The notes beneath the pieces are model-generated. The model saw only the letters and a program-made list of their open reading frames with translations. It searched no databases and was not told the DNA's origin. A stretch of DNA of 64,000 nucleotides from the human T2T-CHM13v2.0 reference genome, Homo sapiens: NCBI RefSeq assembly GCF_009914755.1, contig NC_060940.1; one strand, given 5' to 3'. Within the stretch, counting starts at the first letter, position 1. Every line of letters starts with the position of its first letter. Below, piece by piece: positions 1 through 11,372 of the stretch. Position numbers and translations under genes: made by a program.

Positions 1-286
1 ACTTCTTTGTGTTGTGTGTATGCAACTCACAGAGTTCAACCTTCCTTTAGACAGAGCAGATTTGAAACACTCTTTTTGTGGAATTTGCAAGTGGAGATTT
101 CAAGCGCTTTGAGGCCAAAAGCAGAAAAGGAAATATTTTCCTATAAAAACTAGACAGAATCTTTCTCAGAAACTGCTCTGTGATGTGTGCGTTCAACTCA
201 CAGAGTTTAACTTTTCTTTTCATTCAGCAGTTTGGAAACACTCTGTTTGTAAAGTCTGCAAGTGGATATCTTGGCCTCTTAGAGGC

Positions 287-303
287 CTTCGTTGGAAACG
301 GGT
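287..303 (+). promoter_or_regulatory. CENP-B box, T-ending form found in A1 and E1 monomers (representative)
   Basis: CTTCGTTGGAAACGGGT matches the core NTTCGNNNNANNCGGGN. Confidence 0.95.
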
Positions 304-625
304 TTTTTCATGTAAGGTTAGACAGAGGAATTCCCAGTAACTTCCTTGTGTTGTGTGCATTCAACTCACAGAGTTGAATGATTCTTTACACAGAGCAGAT
401 TTGAGACACTCTTTTGGTGGAATTTGTAAGTGGAGAATTCAGCCGCTTTGAGGTCAACGGTAGAAAAGGAAATATCTTCGTATAAAAACTAGACAGAATG
501 ATTCTCAGAAACTGTTTTGTGATGTGTGCGTTCAACTCACAGAGTTTAACCTTTCTTTTCAAAGAGCAGTTAGGAAACACTCTGTTTGTAAAGTCTGCAA
601 GTGGATATTCAGACCTCTTTGAGGC

Positions 626-642
626 CTTCGTTGGAAACGGGA
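626..642 (+). promoter_or_regulatory. CENP-B box, canonical form in B1, C1 and D1 monomers (representative; boxes recur every 339-340 bp, roughly 188 by arithmetic)
   Basis: CTTCGTTGGAAACGGGA; the next box is at 966-982. Confidence 0.97.
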
Positions 643-1179
643 TTTCTTCATATTATGCTAGACAGATGAATTCTCAGTAACTTCCTTGTGTTGTGTGTAT
701 TCAACTCACAGAGTTAAACGATCCTTTACACAGAGCAGATTTGAAACACTGTTTTTCTGGAATTTGCAAGTGGAGATTTCAGCCGCTTTGAGGTCAATGG
801 TAGAAAAGGAAATATCTTCGTATAAAAACTAGACAGAATGATTCTCAGAAACTCCTTTGTGATGTGTGCGTTCAACTCACAGAGTTTAACCTTTCTTTTC
901 ACAGAGCAGTTAGGAAACACTCTGTTTGTGAAGCCTGCCAGTGGATATTCGGACCTCTTTGAGGCCTTCGTTGGAAACGGGATTTCTTCATATTATGCTA
1001 GACAGAAGATTTCTCAGTAACTTCTTTGTGTTGTGTGTATGCAACTCACAGAGTTCAACCTTCCTTTAGACAGAGCAGATTTGAAACACTCTTTTTGTGG
1101 AATTTGCAAGTGGGGATTTCAAGCGCTTTGAGGCCAAAAGCAGAAAAGGAAATATTTTCCTATAAAAACTAGACAGAAT

Positions 1180-4100
1180 CTTTCTCAGAAACTGCTCTGT
1201 GATGTGTGCGTTCAACTCACAGAGTTTAACTTTTCTTTTCATTCAGCAGTTTGGAAACACTCTGTTTGTAAAGTCTGCAAGTGGATATCTTGGCCTCTTA
1301 GAGGCCTTCGTTGGAAACGGGTTTTTTCATGTAAGGATAGACAGAGGAATTCCCAGTAACTTCCTTGTGTTGTGTGCATTCAACTCACAGAGTTGAATGA
1401 TTCTTTACACAGAGCAGATTTGAGACACTCTTTTGGTGGAATTTGTAAGTGGAGAATTCAGCCGCTTTGAGGTCAACGGTAGAAAAGGAAATATCTTCGA
1501 ATAAAAACTAGACAGAATGATTCTCAGAAACTGTTTTGTGATGTGTGCGTTCAACTCACAGAGTTTAACCTTTCTTTTCAAAGAGCAGTTAGGAAACACT
1601 CTGTTTGTAAAGTCTGCAAGTGGATATTCAGACCTCTTTGAGGCCTTCGTTGGAAACGGGATTTCTTCATATTATACTAGACAGATGAATTCTCAGTAAC
1701 TTCCTTGTGTTGTGTGTATTCAACTCACAGAGTTAAACGATCCTTTACACAGAGCAGATTTGAAACACTGTTTTTCTGGAATTTGCAAGTGGAGATTTCA
1801 GCCGCTTTGAGGTCAATGGTAGAAAAGGAAATATCTTCGTATAAAAACTAGACAGAATGATTCTCAGAAACTCCTTTGTGATGTGTGCGTTCAACTCACA
1901 GAGTTTAACCTTTCTTTTCACAGAGCAGTTAGGAAACACTCTGTTTGTGAAGCCTGCCAGTGGATATTCGGACCTCTTTGAGGCCTTCGTTGGAAACGGG
2001 ATTTCTTCATATTATGCTAGACAGAAGATTTCTCAGTAACTTCTTTGTGTTGTGTGTATGCAACTCACAGAGTTCAACCTTCCTTTAGACAGAGCAGATT
2101 TGAAACACTCTTTTTGTGGAATTTGCAAGTGGAGATTTCAAGCGCTTCGATGCCAATGGTAGAAAAGGAAATATCTTCGTAGAAAAACAAGACAAACTCG
2201 TTCCCAGACACTGCGTAGTGATGTGTGTGTTTAACTCACAGAGTTTCACCTTTCTTTTCATACAGCATTCTGGAAACCCTCTGTTTGTAAATTCTGCAAG
2301 TGGATATTTGGACCTCTTAGATGCCTTCGTTGGAAACGGGATTTCTTCATATAATGCTAGAGGGAAGAATTCTTAGTAACTTCTTTGTGTTGTGTGTATT
2401 CAACTGACAGAGTTGAACCTTCCTTTAGACAGAGCAGATTTGAAAGTCTCTTTTTGTGGAATTTGCAAGTGGAGATTTCAAGCGCTTTGAGGCCAAAAGC
2501 AGAAAAGGAAATATTTTCCTATAAAAACTAGACAGAATCTTTCTCAGAAACTGCTCTGGGATGTGTGCGTTCAACTCACAGAGTTTAACTTTTCTTTTCA
2601 TTCAGCAGTTTGGAAACACTCTGTTTGGAAAGTCTGCACGTGGATATTTTGACCTCTTTGAGGCCTTCGTTGGAAACGGGTTTTTTTCATGTAAGGCTAG
2701 ACAGAAGAAATCTCAGTAACTTCCTTGTGTTGTGTGTATTCAACTGACAGAGTTGAACCTTCTTTTAGACAGAGCAGATTCGAAACACTCTTTTTCTGCA
2801 ATTTGCAAGTGGAGACTTCAAGCGCTTTGAGGCCAAAGGCAGAAAAGGAAATATCTTCGTATAAAAACCCGACAGAATCATTCTCAGAAACTGCTCTGTG
2901 ATGTGTGCGTTCAACTCACAGAGTTTAACTTTTCTTTTCATTCAGCAGTTTGGAAACACTCTGTTTGTAAAGTCTGCAAGTGGATATCTTGGCCTCTTAG
3001 AGGCCTTCGTTGGAAACGGGTTTTTTCATGTAAGGTTAGACAGAGGAATTCCCAGTAACTTCCTTGTGTTGTGTGCATTCAACTCACAGAGTTGAATGAT
3101 TCTTTACACAGAGCAGATTTGAGACACTCTTTTGGTGGAATTTGTTAGTGGAGAATTCAGCCGCTTTGAGGTCAACGGTAGAAAAGGAAATATCTTCGTA
3201 TAAAAACTAGACAGAATGATTCTCAGAAACTGTTTTGTGATGTGTGCGTTCAACTCACAGAGTTTAACCTTTCTTTTCAAAGAGCAGTTAGGAAACACTC
3301 TGTTTGTAAAGTCTGCAAGTGGATATTCAGACCTCTTTGAGGCCTTCGTTGGAAACGGGATTTCTTCATATTATGCTAGACAGATGAATTCTCAGTAACT
3401 TCCTTGTGTTGTGTGTATTCAACTCACAGAGTTGAACGATCCTTTACACAGAGCAGATTTGAAACACTGTTTTTCTGGAATTTGCAAGTGGAGATTTCAG
3501 CCGCTTTGAGGTCAATGGTAGAAAAAGAAATATCTTCGTATAAAAACTAGACAGAATGATTCTCAGAAACTCCTTTGTGATGTGTGCGTTCAACTCACAG
3601 AGTTTAACCTTTCTTTTCACAGAGCAGTTAGGAAACACTCTGTTTGTGAAGCCTGCCAGTGGATATTCGGACCTCTTTGAGGCCTTCGTTGGAAACGGGA
3701 TTTCTTCATATTATGCTAGACAGAAGATTTCTCAGTAACTTCTTTGTGTTGTGTGTATGCAACTCACAGAGTTCAACCTTCCTTTAGACAGAGCAGATTT
3801 GAAACACTCTTTTTGTGGAATTTGCAAGTGGAGATTTCAAGCGCTTCGATGCCAATGGTAGAAAAGGAAATATCTTCGTATAAAAACAAGACAAACTCGT
3901 TCCCAGACACTGCGTAGTGATGTGTGTGTTTAACTCACAGAGTTTAACCTTTCTTTTCATACAGCATTCTGGAAACCCTGTGTTTGTAAAGTCTGCAAGT
4001 GGATATTTGGACCTCTTAGATGCCTTCGTTGGAAACGGGATTTCTTCATATAATGCTAGAGGGAAGAATTCTTAGTAACTTCTTTGTGTTGTGTGTATTC

Positions 4101-5596
4101 AACTGACAGAGTTGAACCTTCCTTTAGACAGAGCAGATTTGAAAGTCTCTTTTTGTGGAATTTGCAAGTGGAGATTTCAAGCGCTTTGAGGCCAAAAGCA
4201 GAAAAGGAAATATTTTCCTATAAAAACTAGACAGAATCTTTCTCAGAAACTGCTCTGGGATGTGTGCGTTCAACTCACAGAGTTTAACTTTTCTTTTCAT
4301 TCAGCAGTTTGGAAACACTCTGTTTGGAAAGTCTGCACGTGGATATTTTGACCTCTTTGAGGCCTTCGTTGGAAACGGGTTTTTTTCATGTAAGGCTAGA
4401 CAGAAGAAATCTCAGTAACTTCCTTGTGTTGTGTGTATTCAACTGACAGAGTTGAACCTTCCTTTAGACAGAGCAGATTCGAAACACTCTTTTTCTGCAA
4501 TTTGCAAGTGGAGACTTCAAGCGCTTTGAGGCCAAAGGCAGAAAAGGAAATATCTTCGTATAAAAACCCGACAGAATCATTCTCAGAAACTGCTCTGTGA
4601 TGTGTGCGTTCAACTCACAGAGTTTAACTTTTCTTTTCATTCAGCAGTTTGGAAACACTCTGTTTGTAAAGTCTGCAAGTGGATATCTTGGCCTCTTAGA
4701 GGCCTTCGTTGGAAACGGGTTTTTTCATGTAAGGATAGACAGAGGAATTCCCAGTAACTTCCTTGTGTTGTGTGCATTCAACTCACAGAGTTGAATGATT
4801 CTTTACACAGAGCAGATTTGAGACACTCTTTTGGTGGAATTTGTAAGTGGAGAATTCAGCCGCTTTGAGGTCAACGGTAGAAAAGGAAATATCTTCGTAT
4901 AAAAACTAGACAGAATGATTCTCAGAAACTGTTTTGTGATGTGTGCGTTCAACTCACAGAGTTTAACCTTTCTTTTCAAAGAGCAGTTAGGAAACACTCT
5001 GTTTGTAAAGTCTGCAAGTGGATATTCAGACCTCTTTGAGGCCTTCGTTGGAAACGGGATTTCTTCATATTATGCTAGACAGATGAATTCTCAGTAACTT
5101 CCTTGTGTTGTGTGTATTCAACTCACAGAGTTGAACGATCCTTTACACAGAGCAGATTTGAAACACTGTTTTTCTGGAATTTGCAAGTGGAGATTTCAGC
5201 CGCTTTGAGGTCAATGGTAGAAAAGGAAATATCTTCATATAAAAACTAGACAGAATGATTCTCAGAAACTCCTTTGTGATGTGTGCGTTCAACTCACAGA
5301 GTTTAACCTTTCTTTTCACAGAGCAGTTAGGAAACACTCTGTTTGTGAAGCCTGCCAGTGGATATTCGGACCTCTTTGAGGCCTTCGTTGGAAACGGGAT
5401 TTCTTCATATTATGCTAGACAGAAGATTTCTCAGTAACTTCTTTGTGTTGTGTGTATGCAACTCACAGAGTTCAACCTTCCTTTAGACAGAGCAGATTTG
5501 AAACACTCTTTTTGTGGAATTTGCAAGTGGAGATTTCAAGCGCTTTGAGGCCAAAAGCAGAAAAGGAAATATTTTCCTATAAAAACTAGACAGAAT
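1180..5596 (+). repeat. 10+10+6 block (4417 bp), copy 1
   Basis: Anchor spacings 1699, 1699, 1019; private variants shared with 5597-10013. Confidence 0.92.
2879..4577 (+). repeat. Reference full-length 10-mer HOR unit (1699 bp); probably D16Z2 (chr16, S1C16H1L)
   Basis: Ten distinguishable monomers: A1 CTTGGCCTCTTAG, A2 GAATGATTC/GGTCAACGG, B1 CTGTTTTGTG/CAAAGAGC, B2 CTGTTTTTCTGG, C1 GAAGCCTGCCAG, C2 CTTCGATGCCAATGG, D1 CGTTCCCAGACACTGCGTAG, D2 GAAAGTCTC/TTTTCCTAT, E1 GCTCTGGG/CTGCACGT, E2 TTCGAAAC/ACCCGACAG. The 10-mer itself is secure. The confidence given is for the chromosome call, which rests on D16Z2 being the known 1.7-kb SF1 10-mer (D7Z1 is a 6-mer; D10Z1 and D12Z3 are 8-mers). Confidence 0.72.
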
Positions 5597-8500
5597 CTTT
5601 CTCAGAAACTGCTCTGTGATGTGTGCGTTCAACTCACAGAGTTTAACTTTTCTTTTCATTCAGCAGTTTGGAAACACTCTGTTTGTAAAGTCTGCAAGTG
5701 GATATCTTGGCCTCTTAGAGGCCTTCGTTGGAAACGGGTTTTTTCATGTAAGGATAGACAGAGGAATTCCCAGTAACTTCCTTGTGTTGTGTGCATTCAA
5801 CTCACAGAGTTGAATGATTCTTTACACAGAGCAGATTTGAGACACTCTTTTGGTGGAATTTGTAAGTGGAGAATTCAGCCGCTTTGAGGTCAACGGTAGA
5901 AAAGGAAATATCTTCGAATAAAAACTAGACAGAATGATTCTCAGAAACTGTTTTGTGATGTGTGCGTTCAACTCACAGAGTTTAACCTTTCTTTTCAAAG
6001 AGCAGTTAGGAAACACTCTGTTTGTAAAGTCTGCAAGTGGATATTCAGACCTCTTTGAGGCCTTCGTTGGAAACGGGATTTCTTCATATTATGCTAGACA
6101 GATGAATTCTCAGTAACTTCCTTGTGTTGTGTGTATTCAACTCACAGAGTTAAACGATCCTTTACACAGAGCAGATTTGAAACACTGTTTTTCTGGAATT
6201 TGCAAGTGGAGATTTCAGCCGCTTTGAGGTCAATGGTAGAAAAGGAAATATCTTCGTATAAAAACTAGACAGAATGATTCTCAGAAACTCCTTTGTGATG
6301 TGTGCGTTCAACTCACAGAGTTTAACCTTTCTTTTCACAGAGCAGTTAGGAAACACTCTGTTTGTGAAGCCTGCCAGTGGATATTCGGACCTCTTTGAGG
6401 CCTTCGTTGGAAACGGGATTTCTTCATATTATGCTAGACAGAAGATTTCTCAGTAACTTCTTTGTGTTGTGTGTATGCAACTCACAGAGTTCAACCTTCC
6501 TTTAGACAGAGCAGATTTGAAACACTCTTTTTGTGGAATTTGCAAGTGGAGATTTCAAGCGCTTCGATGCCAATGGTAGAAAAGGAAATATCTTCGTAGA
6601 AAAACAAGACAAACTCGTTCCCAGACACTGCGTAGTGATGTGTGTGTTTAACTCACAGAGTTTCACCTTTCTTTTCATACAGCATTCTGGAAACCCTCTG
6701 TTTGTAAATTCTGCAAGTGGATATTTGGACCTCTTAGATGCCTTCGTTGGAAACGGGATTTCTTCATATAATGCTAGAGGGAAGAATTCTTAGTAACTTC
6801 TTTGTGTTGTGTGTATTCAACTGACAGAGTTGAACCTTCCTTTAGACAGAGCAGATTTGAAAGTCTCTTTTTGTGGAATTTGCAAGTGGAGATTTCAAGC
6901 GCTTTGAGGCCAAAAGCAGAAAAGGAAATATTTTCCTATAAAAACTAGACAGAATCTTTCTCAGAAACTGCTCTGGGATGTGTGCGTTCAACTCACAGAG
7001 TTTAACTTTTCTTTTCATTCAGCAGTTTGGAAACACTCTGTTTGGAAAGTCTGCACGTGGATATTTTGACCTCTTTGAGGCCTTCGTTGGAAACGGGTTT
7101 TTTTCATGTAAGGCTAGACAGAAGAAATCTCAGTAACTTCCTTGTGTTGTGTGTATTCAACTGACAGAGTTGAACCTTCTTTTAGACAGAGCAGATTCGA
7201 AACACTCTTTTTCTGCAATTTGCAAGTGGAGACTTCAAGCGCTTTGAGGCCAAAGGCAGAAAAGGAAATATCTTCGTATAAAAACCCGACAGAATCATTC
7301 TCAGAAACTGCTCTGTGATGTGTGCGTTCAACTCACAGAGTTTAACTTTTCTTTTCATTCAGCAGTTTGGAAACACTCTGTTTGTAAAGTCTGCAAGTGG
7401 ATATCTTGGCCTCTTAGAGGCCTTCGTTGGAAACGGGTTTTTTCATGTAAGGTTAGACAGAGGAATTCCCAGTAACTTCCTTGTGTTGTGTGCATTCAAC
7501 TCACAGAGTTGAATGATTCTTTACACAGAGCAGATTTGAGACACTCTTTTGGTGGAATTTGTTAGTGGAGAATTCAGCCGCTTTGAGGTCAACGGTAGAA
7601 AAGGAAATATCTTCGTATAAAAACTAGACAGAATGATTCTCAGAAACTGTTTTGTGATGTGTGCGTTCAACTCACAGAGTTTAACCTTTCTTTTCAAAGA
7701 GCAGTTAGGAAACACTCTGTTTGTAAAGTCTGCAAGTGGATATTCAGACCTCTTTGAGGCCTTCGTTGGAAACGGGATTTCTTCATATTATGCTAGACAG
7801 ATGAATTCTCAGTAACTTCCTTGTGTTGTGTGTATTCAACTCACAGAGTTGAACGATCCTTTACACAGAGCAGATTTGAAACACTGTTTTTCTGGAATTT
7901 GCAAGTGGAGATTTCAGCCGCTTTGAGGTCAATGGTAGAAAAAGAAATATCTTCGTATAAAAACTAGACAGAATGATTCTCAGAAACTCCTTTGTGATGT
8001 GTGCGTTCAACTCACAGAGTTTAACCTTTCTTTTCACAGAGCAGTTAGGAAACACTCTGTTTGTGAAGCCTGCCAGTGGATATTCGGACCTCTTTGAGGC
8101 CTTCGTTGGAAACGGGATTTCTTCATATTATGCTAGACAGAAGATTTCTCAGTAACTTCTTTGTGTTGTGTGTATGCAACTCACAGAGTTCAACCTTCCT
8201 TTAGACAGAGCAGATTTGAAACACTCTTTTTGTGGAATTTGCAAGTGGAGATTTCAAGCGCTTCGATGCCAATGGTAGAAAAGGAAATATCTTCGTATAA
8301 AAACAAGACAAACTCGTTCCCAGACACTGCGTAGTGATGTGTGTGTTTAACTCACAGAGTTTAACCTTTCTTTTCATACAGCATTCTGGAAACCCTGTGT
8401 TTGTAAAGTCTGCAAGTGGATATTTGGACCTCTTAGATGCCTTCGTTGGAAACGGGATTTCTTCATATAATGCTAGAGGGAAGAATTCTTAGTAACTTCT

Positions 8501-10013
8501 TTGTGTTGTGTGTATTCAACTGACAGAGTTGAACCTTCCTTTAGACAGAGCAGATTTGAAAGTCTCTTTTTGTGGAATTTGCAAGTGGAGATTTCAAGCG
8601 CTTTGAGGCCAAAAGCAGAAAAGGAAATATTTTCCTATAAAAACTAGACAGAATCTTTCTCAGAAACTGCTCTGGGATGTGTGCGTTCAACTCACAGAGT
8701 TTAACTTTTCTTTTCATTCAGCAGTTTGGAAACACTCTGTTTGGAAAGTCTGCACGTGGATATTTTGACCTCTTTGAGGCCTTCGTTGGAAACGGGTTTT
8801 TTTCATGTAAGGCTAGACAGAAGAAATCTCAGTAACTTCCTTGTGTTGTGTGTATTCAACTGACAGAGTTGAACCTTCCTTTAGACAGAGCAGATTCGAA
8901 ACACTCTTTTTCTGCAATTTGCAAGTGGAGACTTCAAGCGCTTTGAGGCCAAAGGCAGAAAAGGAAATATCTTCGTATAAAAACCCGACAGAATCATTCT
9001 CAGAAACTGCTCTGTGATGTGTGCGTTCAACTCACAGAGTTTAACTTTTCTTTTCATTCAGCAGTTTGGAAACACTCTGTTTGTAAAGTCTGCAAGTGGA
9101 TATCTTGGCCTCTTAGAGGCCTTCGTTGGAAACGGGTTTTTTCATGTAAGGATAGACAGAGGAATTCCCAGTAACTTCCTTGTGTTGTGTGCATTCAACT
9201 CACAGAGTTGAATGATTCTTTACACAGAGCAGATTTGAGACACTCTTTTGGTGGAATTTGTAAGTGGAGAATTCAGCCGCTTTGAGGTCAACGGTAGAAA
9301 AGGAAATATCTTCGTATAAAAACTAGACAGAATGATTCTCAGAAACTGTTTTGTGATGTGTGCGTTCAACTCACAGAGTTTAACCTTTCTTTTCAAAGAG
9401 CAGTTAGGAAACACTCTGTTTGTAAAGTCTGCAAGTGGATATTCAGACCTCTTTGAGGCCTTCGTTGGAAACGGGATTTCTTCATATTATGCTAGACAGA
9501 TAAATTCTCAGTAACTTCCTTGTGTTGTGTGTATTCAACTCACAGAGTTGAACGATCCTTTACACAGAGCAGATTTGAAACACTGTTTTTCTGGAATTTG
9601 CAAGTGGAGATTTCAGCCGCTTTGAGGTCAATGGTAGAAAAGGAAATATCTTCATATAAAAACTAGACAGAATGATTCTCAGAAACTCCTTTGTGATGTG
9701 TGCGTTCAACTCACAGAGTTTAACCTTTCTTTTCACAGAGCAGTTAGGAAACACTCTGTTTGTGAAGCCTGCCAGTGGATATTCGGACCTCTTTGAGGCC
9801 TTCGTTGGAAACGGGATTTCTTCATATTATGCTAGACAGAAGATTTCTCAGTAACTTCTTTGTGTTGTGTGTATGCAACTCACAGAGTTCAACCTTCCTT
9901 TAGACAGAGCAGATTTGAAACACTCTTTTTGTGGAATTTGCAAGTGGAGATTTCAAGCGCTTTGAGGCCAAAAGCAGAAAAGGAAATATTTTCCTATAAA
10001 AACTAGACAGAAT
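5597..10013 (+). repeat. 10+10+6 block (4417 bp), copy 2
   Basis: The same variants recur at +4417 (CTTCGAATA, GTAAATTCTG, AACCCTGTGT, CTTCATATAAAA). Confidence 0.92.
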
Positions 10014-11372
10014 CTTTCTCAGAAACTGCTCTGTGATGTGTGCGTTCAACTCACAGAGTTTAACTTTTCTTTTCATTCAGCAGTTTGGAAACACTCTGTT
10101 TGTAAAGTCTGCAAGTGGATATCTTGGCCTCTTAGAGGCCTTCGTTGGAAACGGGTTTTTTCATGTAAGGATAGACAGAGGAATTCCCAGTAACTTCCTT
10201 GTGTTGTGTGCATTCAACTCACAGAGTTGAATGATTCTTTACACAGAGCAGATTTGAGACACTCTTTTGGTGGAATTTGTAAGTGGAGAATTCAGCCGCT
10301 TTGAGGTCAACGGTAGAAAAGGAAATATCTTCGTATAAAAACTAGACAGAATGATTCTCAGAAACTCCTTTGTGATGTGTGCGTTCAACTCACAGAGTTT
10401 AACCTTTCTTTTCACAGAGCAGTTAGGAAACACTCTGTTTGTGAAGCCTGCCAGTGGATATTCGGACCTCTTTGAGGCCTTCGTTGGAAACGGGATTTCT
10501 TCATATTATGCTAGACAGAAGATTTCTCAGTAACTTCTTTGTGTTGTGTGTATGCAACTCACAGAGTTCAACCTTCCTTTAGACAGAGCAGATTTGAAAC
10601 ACTCTTTTTGTGGAATTTGCAAGTGGAGATTTCAAGCGCTTCGATGCCAATGGTAGAAAAGGAAATATCTTCGTAGAAAAACAAGACAAACTCGTTCCCA
10701 GACACTGCGTAGTGATGTGTGTGTTTAACTCACAGAGTTTCACCTTTCTTTTCATACAGCATTCTGGAAACCCTCTGTTTGTAAAGTCTGCAAGTGGATA
10801 TTTGGACCTCTTAGATGCCTTCGTTGGAAACGGGATTTCTTCATATAATGCTAGAGGGAAGAATTCTTAGTAACTTCTTTGTGTTGTGTGTATTCAACTG
10901 ACAGAGTTGAACCTTCCTTTAGACAGAGCAGATTTGAAAGTCTCTTTTTGTGGAATTTGCAAGTGGAGATTTCAAGCGCTTTGAGGCCAAAAGCAGAAAA
11001 GGAAATATTTTCCTATAAAAACTAGACAGAATCTTTCTCAGAAACTGCTCTGGGATGTGTGCGTTCAACTCACAGAGTTTAACTTTTCTTTTCATTCAGC
11101 AGTTTGGAAACACTCTGTTTGGAAAGTCTGCACGTGGATATTTTGACCTCTTTGAGGCCTTCGTTGGAAACGGGTTTTTTTCATGTAACGCTAGACAGAA
11201 GAAATCTCAGTAACTTCCTTGTGTTATGTGTATTCAACTGACAGAGTTGAACCTTCCTTTAGACAGAGCAGATTCGAAACACACTTTTTCTGCAATTTGC
11301 AAGTGGAGACTTCAAGCGCTTTGAGGCCAAAGGCAGAAAAGGAAATATCTTCGTATAAAAACCCGACAGAAT
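10014..11372 (+). repeat. 8-mer variant type I (B1-B2 absent; A2 joined to C1)
   Basis: GGTCAACGG (A2) is followed directly by GAAACTCCTTTG (C1) at ~10310-10370. Confidence 0.92.

Larger units (their letters stand above)
161..1179 (+). repeat. 6-mer HOR variant (1019 bp)
   Basis: A1-A2-B1-B2-C1-C2/D2 hybrid; anchor ORFs at 180 and 1199. Confidence 0.95.

Noticed and set aside
481-490. TATA-like TATAAAAA motifs and short palindromes (GAATTC, AAGCGCTT, AGGCCT)
   Set aside because: These are ordinary consensus alphoid features repeated in most dimers, with no evidence of promoter or special structural function.
796-812. pJ-alpha (A-box)-like site in the non-CENP-B monomers (CAATGGTAGAAAAGGAA)
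   Set aside because: It is the expected A-type counterpart position and is degenerate, particularly in D2 and E2. Binding cannot be supported from sequence.
161-1179. Assignment to D7Z1 (6-mer) or D10Z1/D12Z3 (8-mer) on unit length
   Set aside because: The 6- and 8-mers here are made of subsets and hybrids of ten monomer types, so the parent is a 10-mer. Not formally excluded without alignment.
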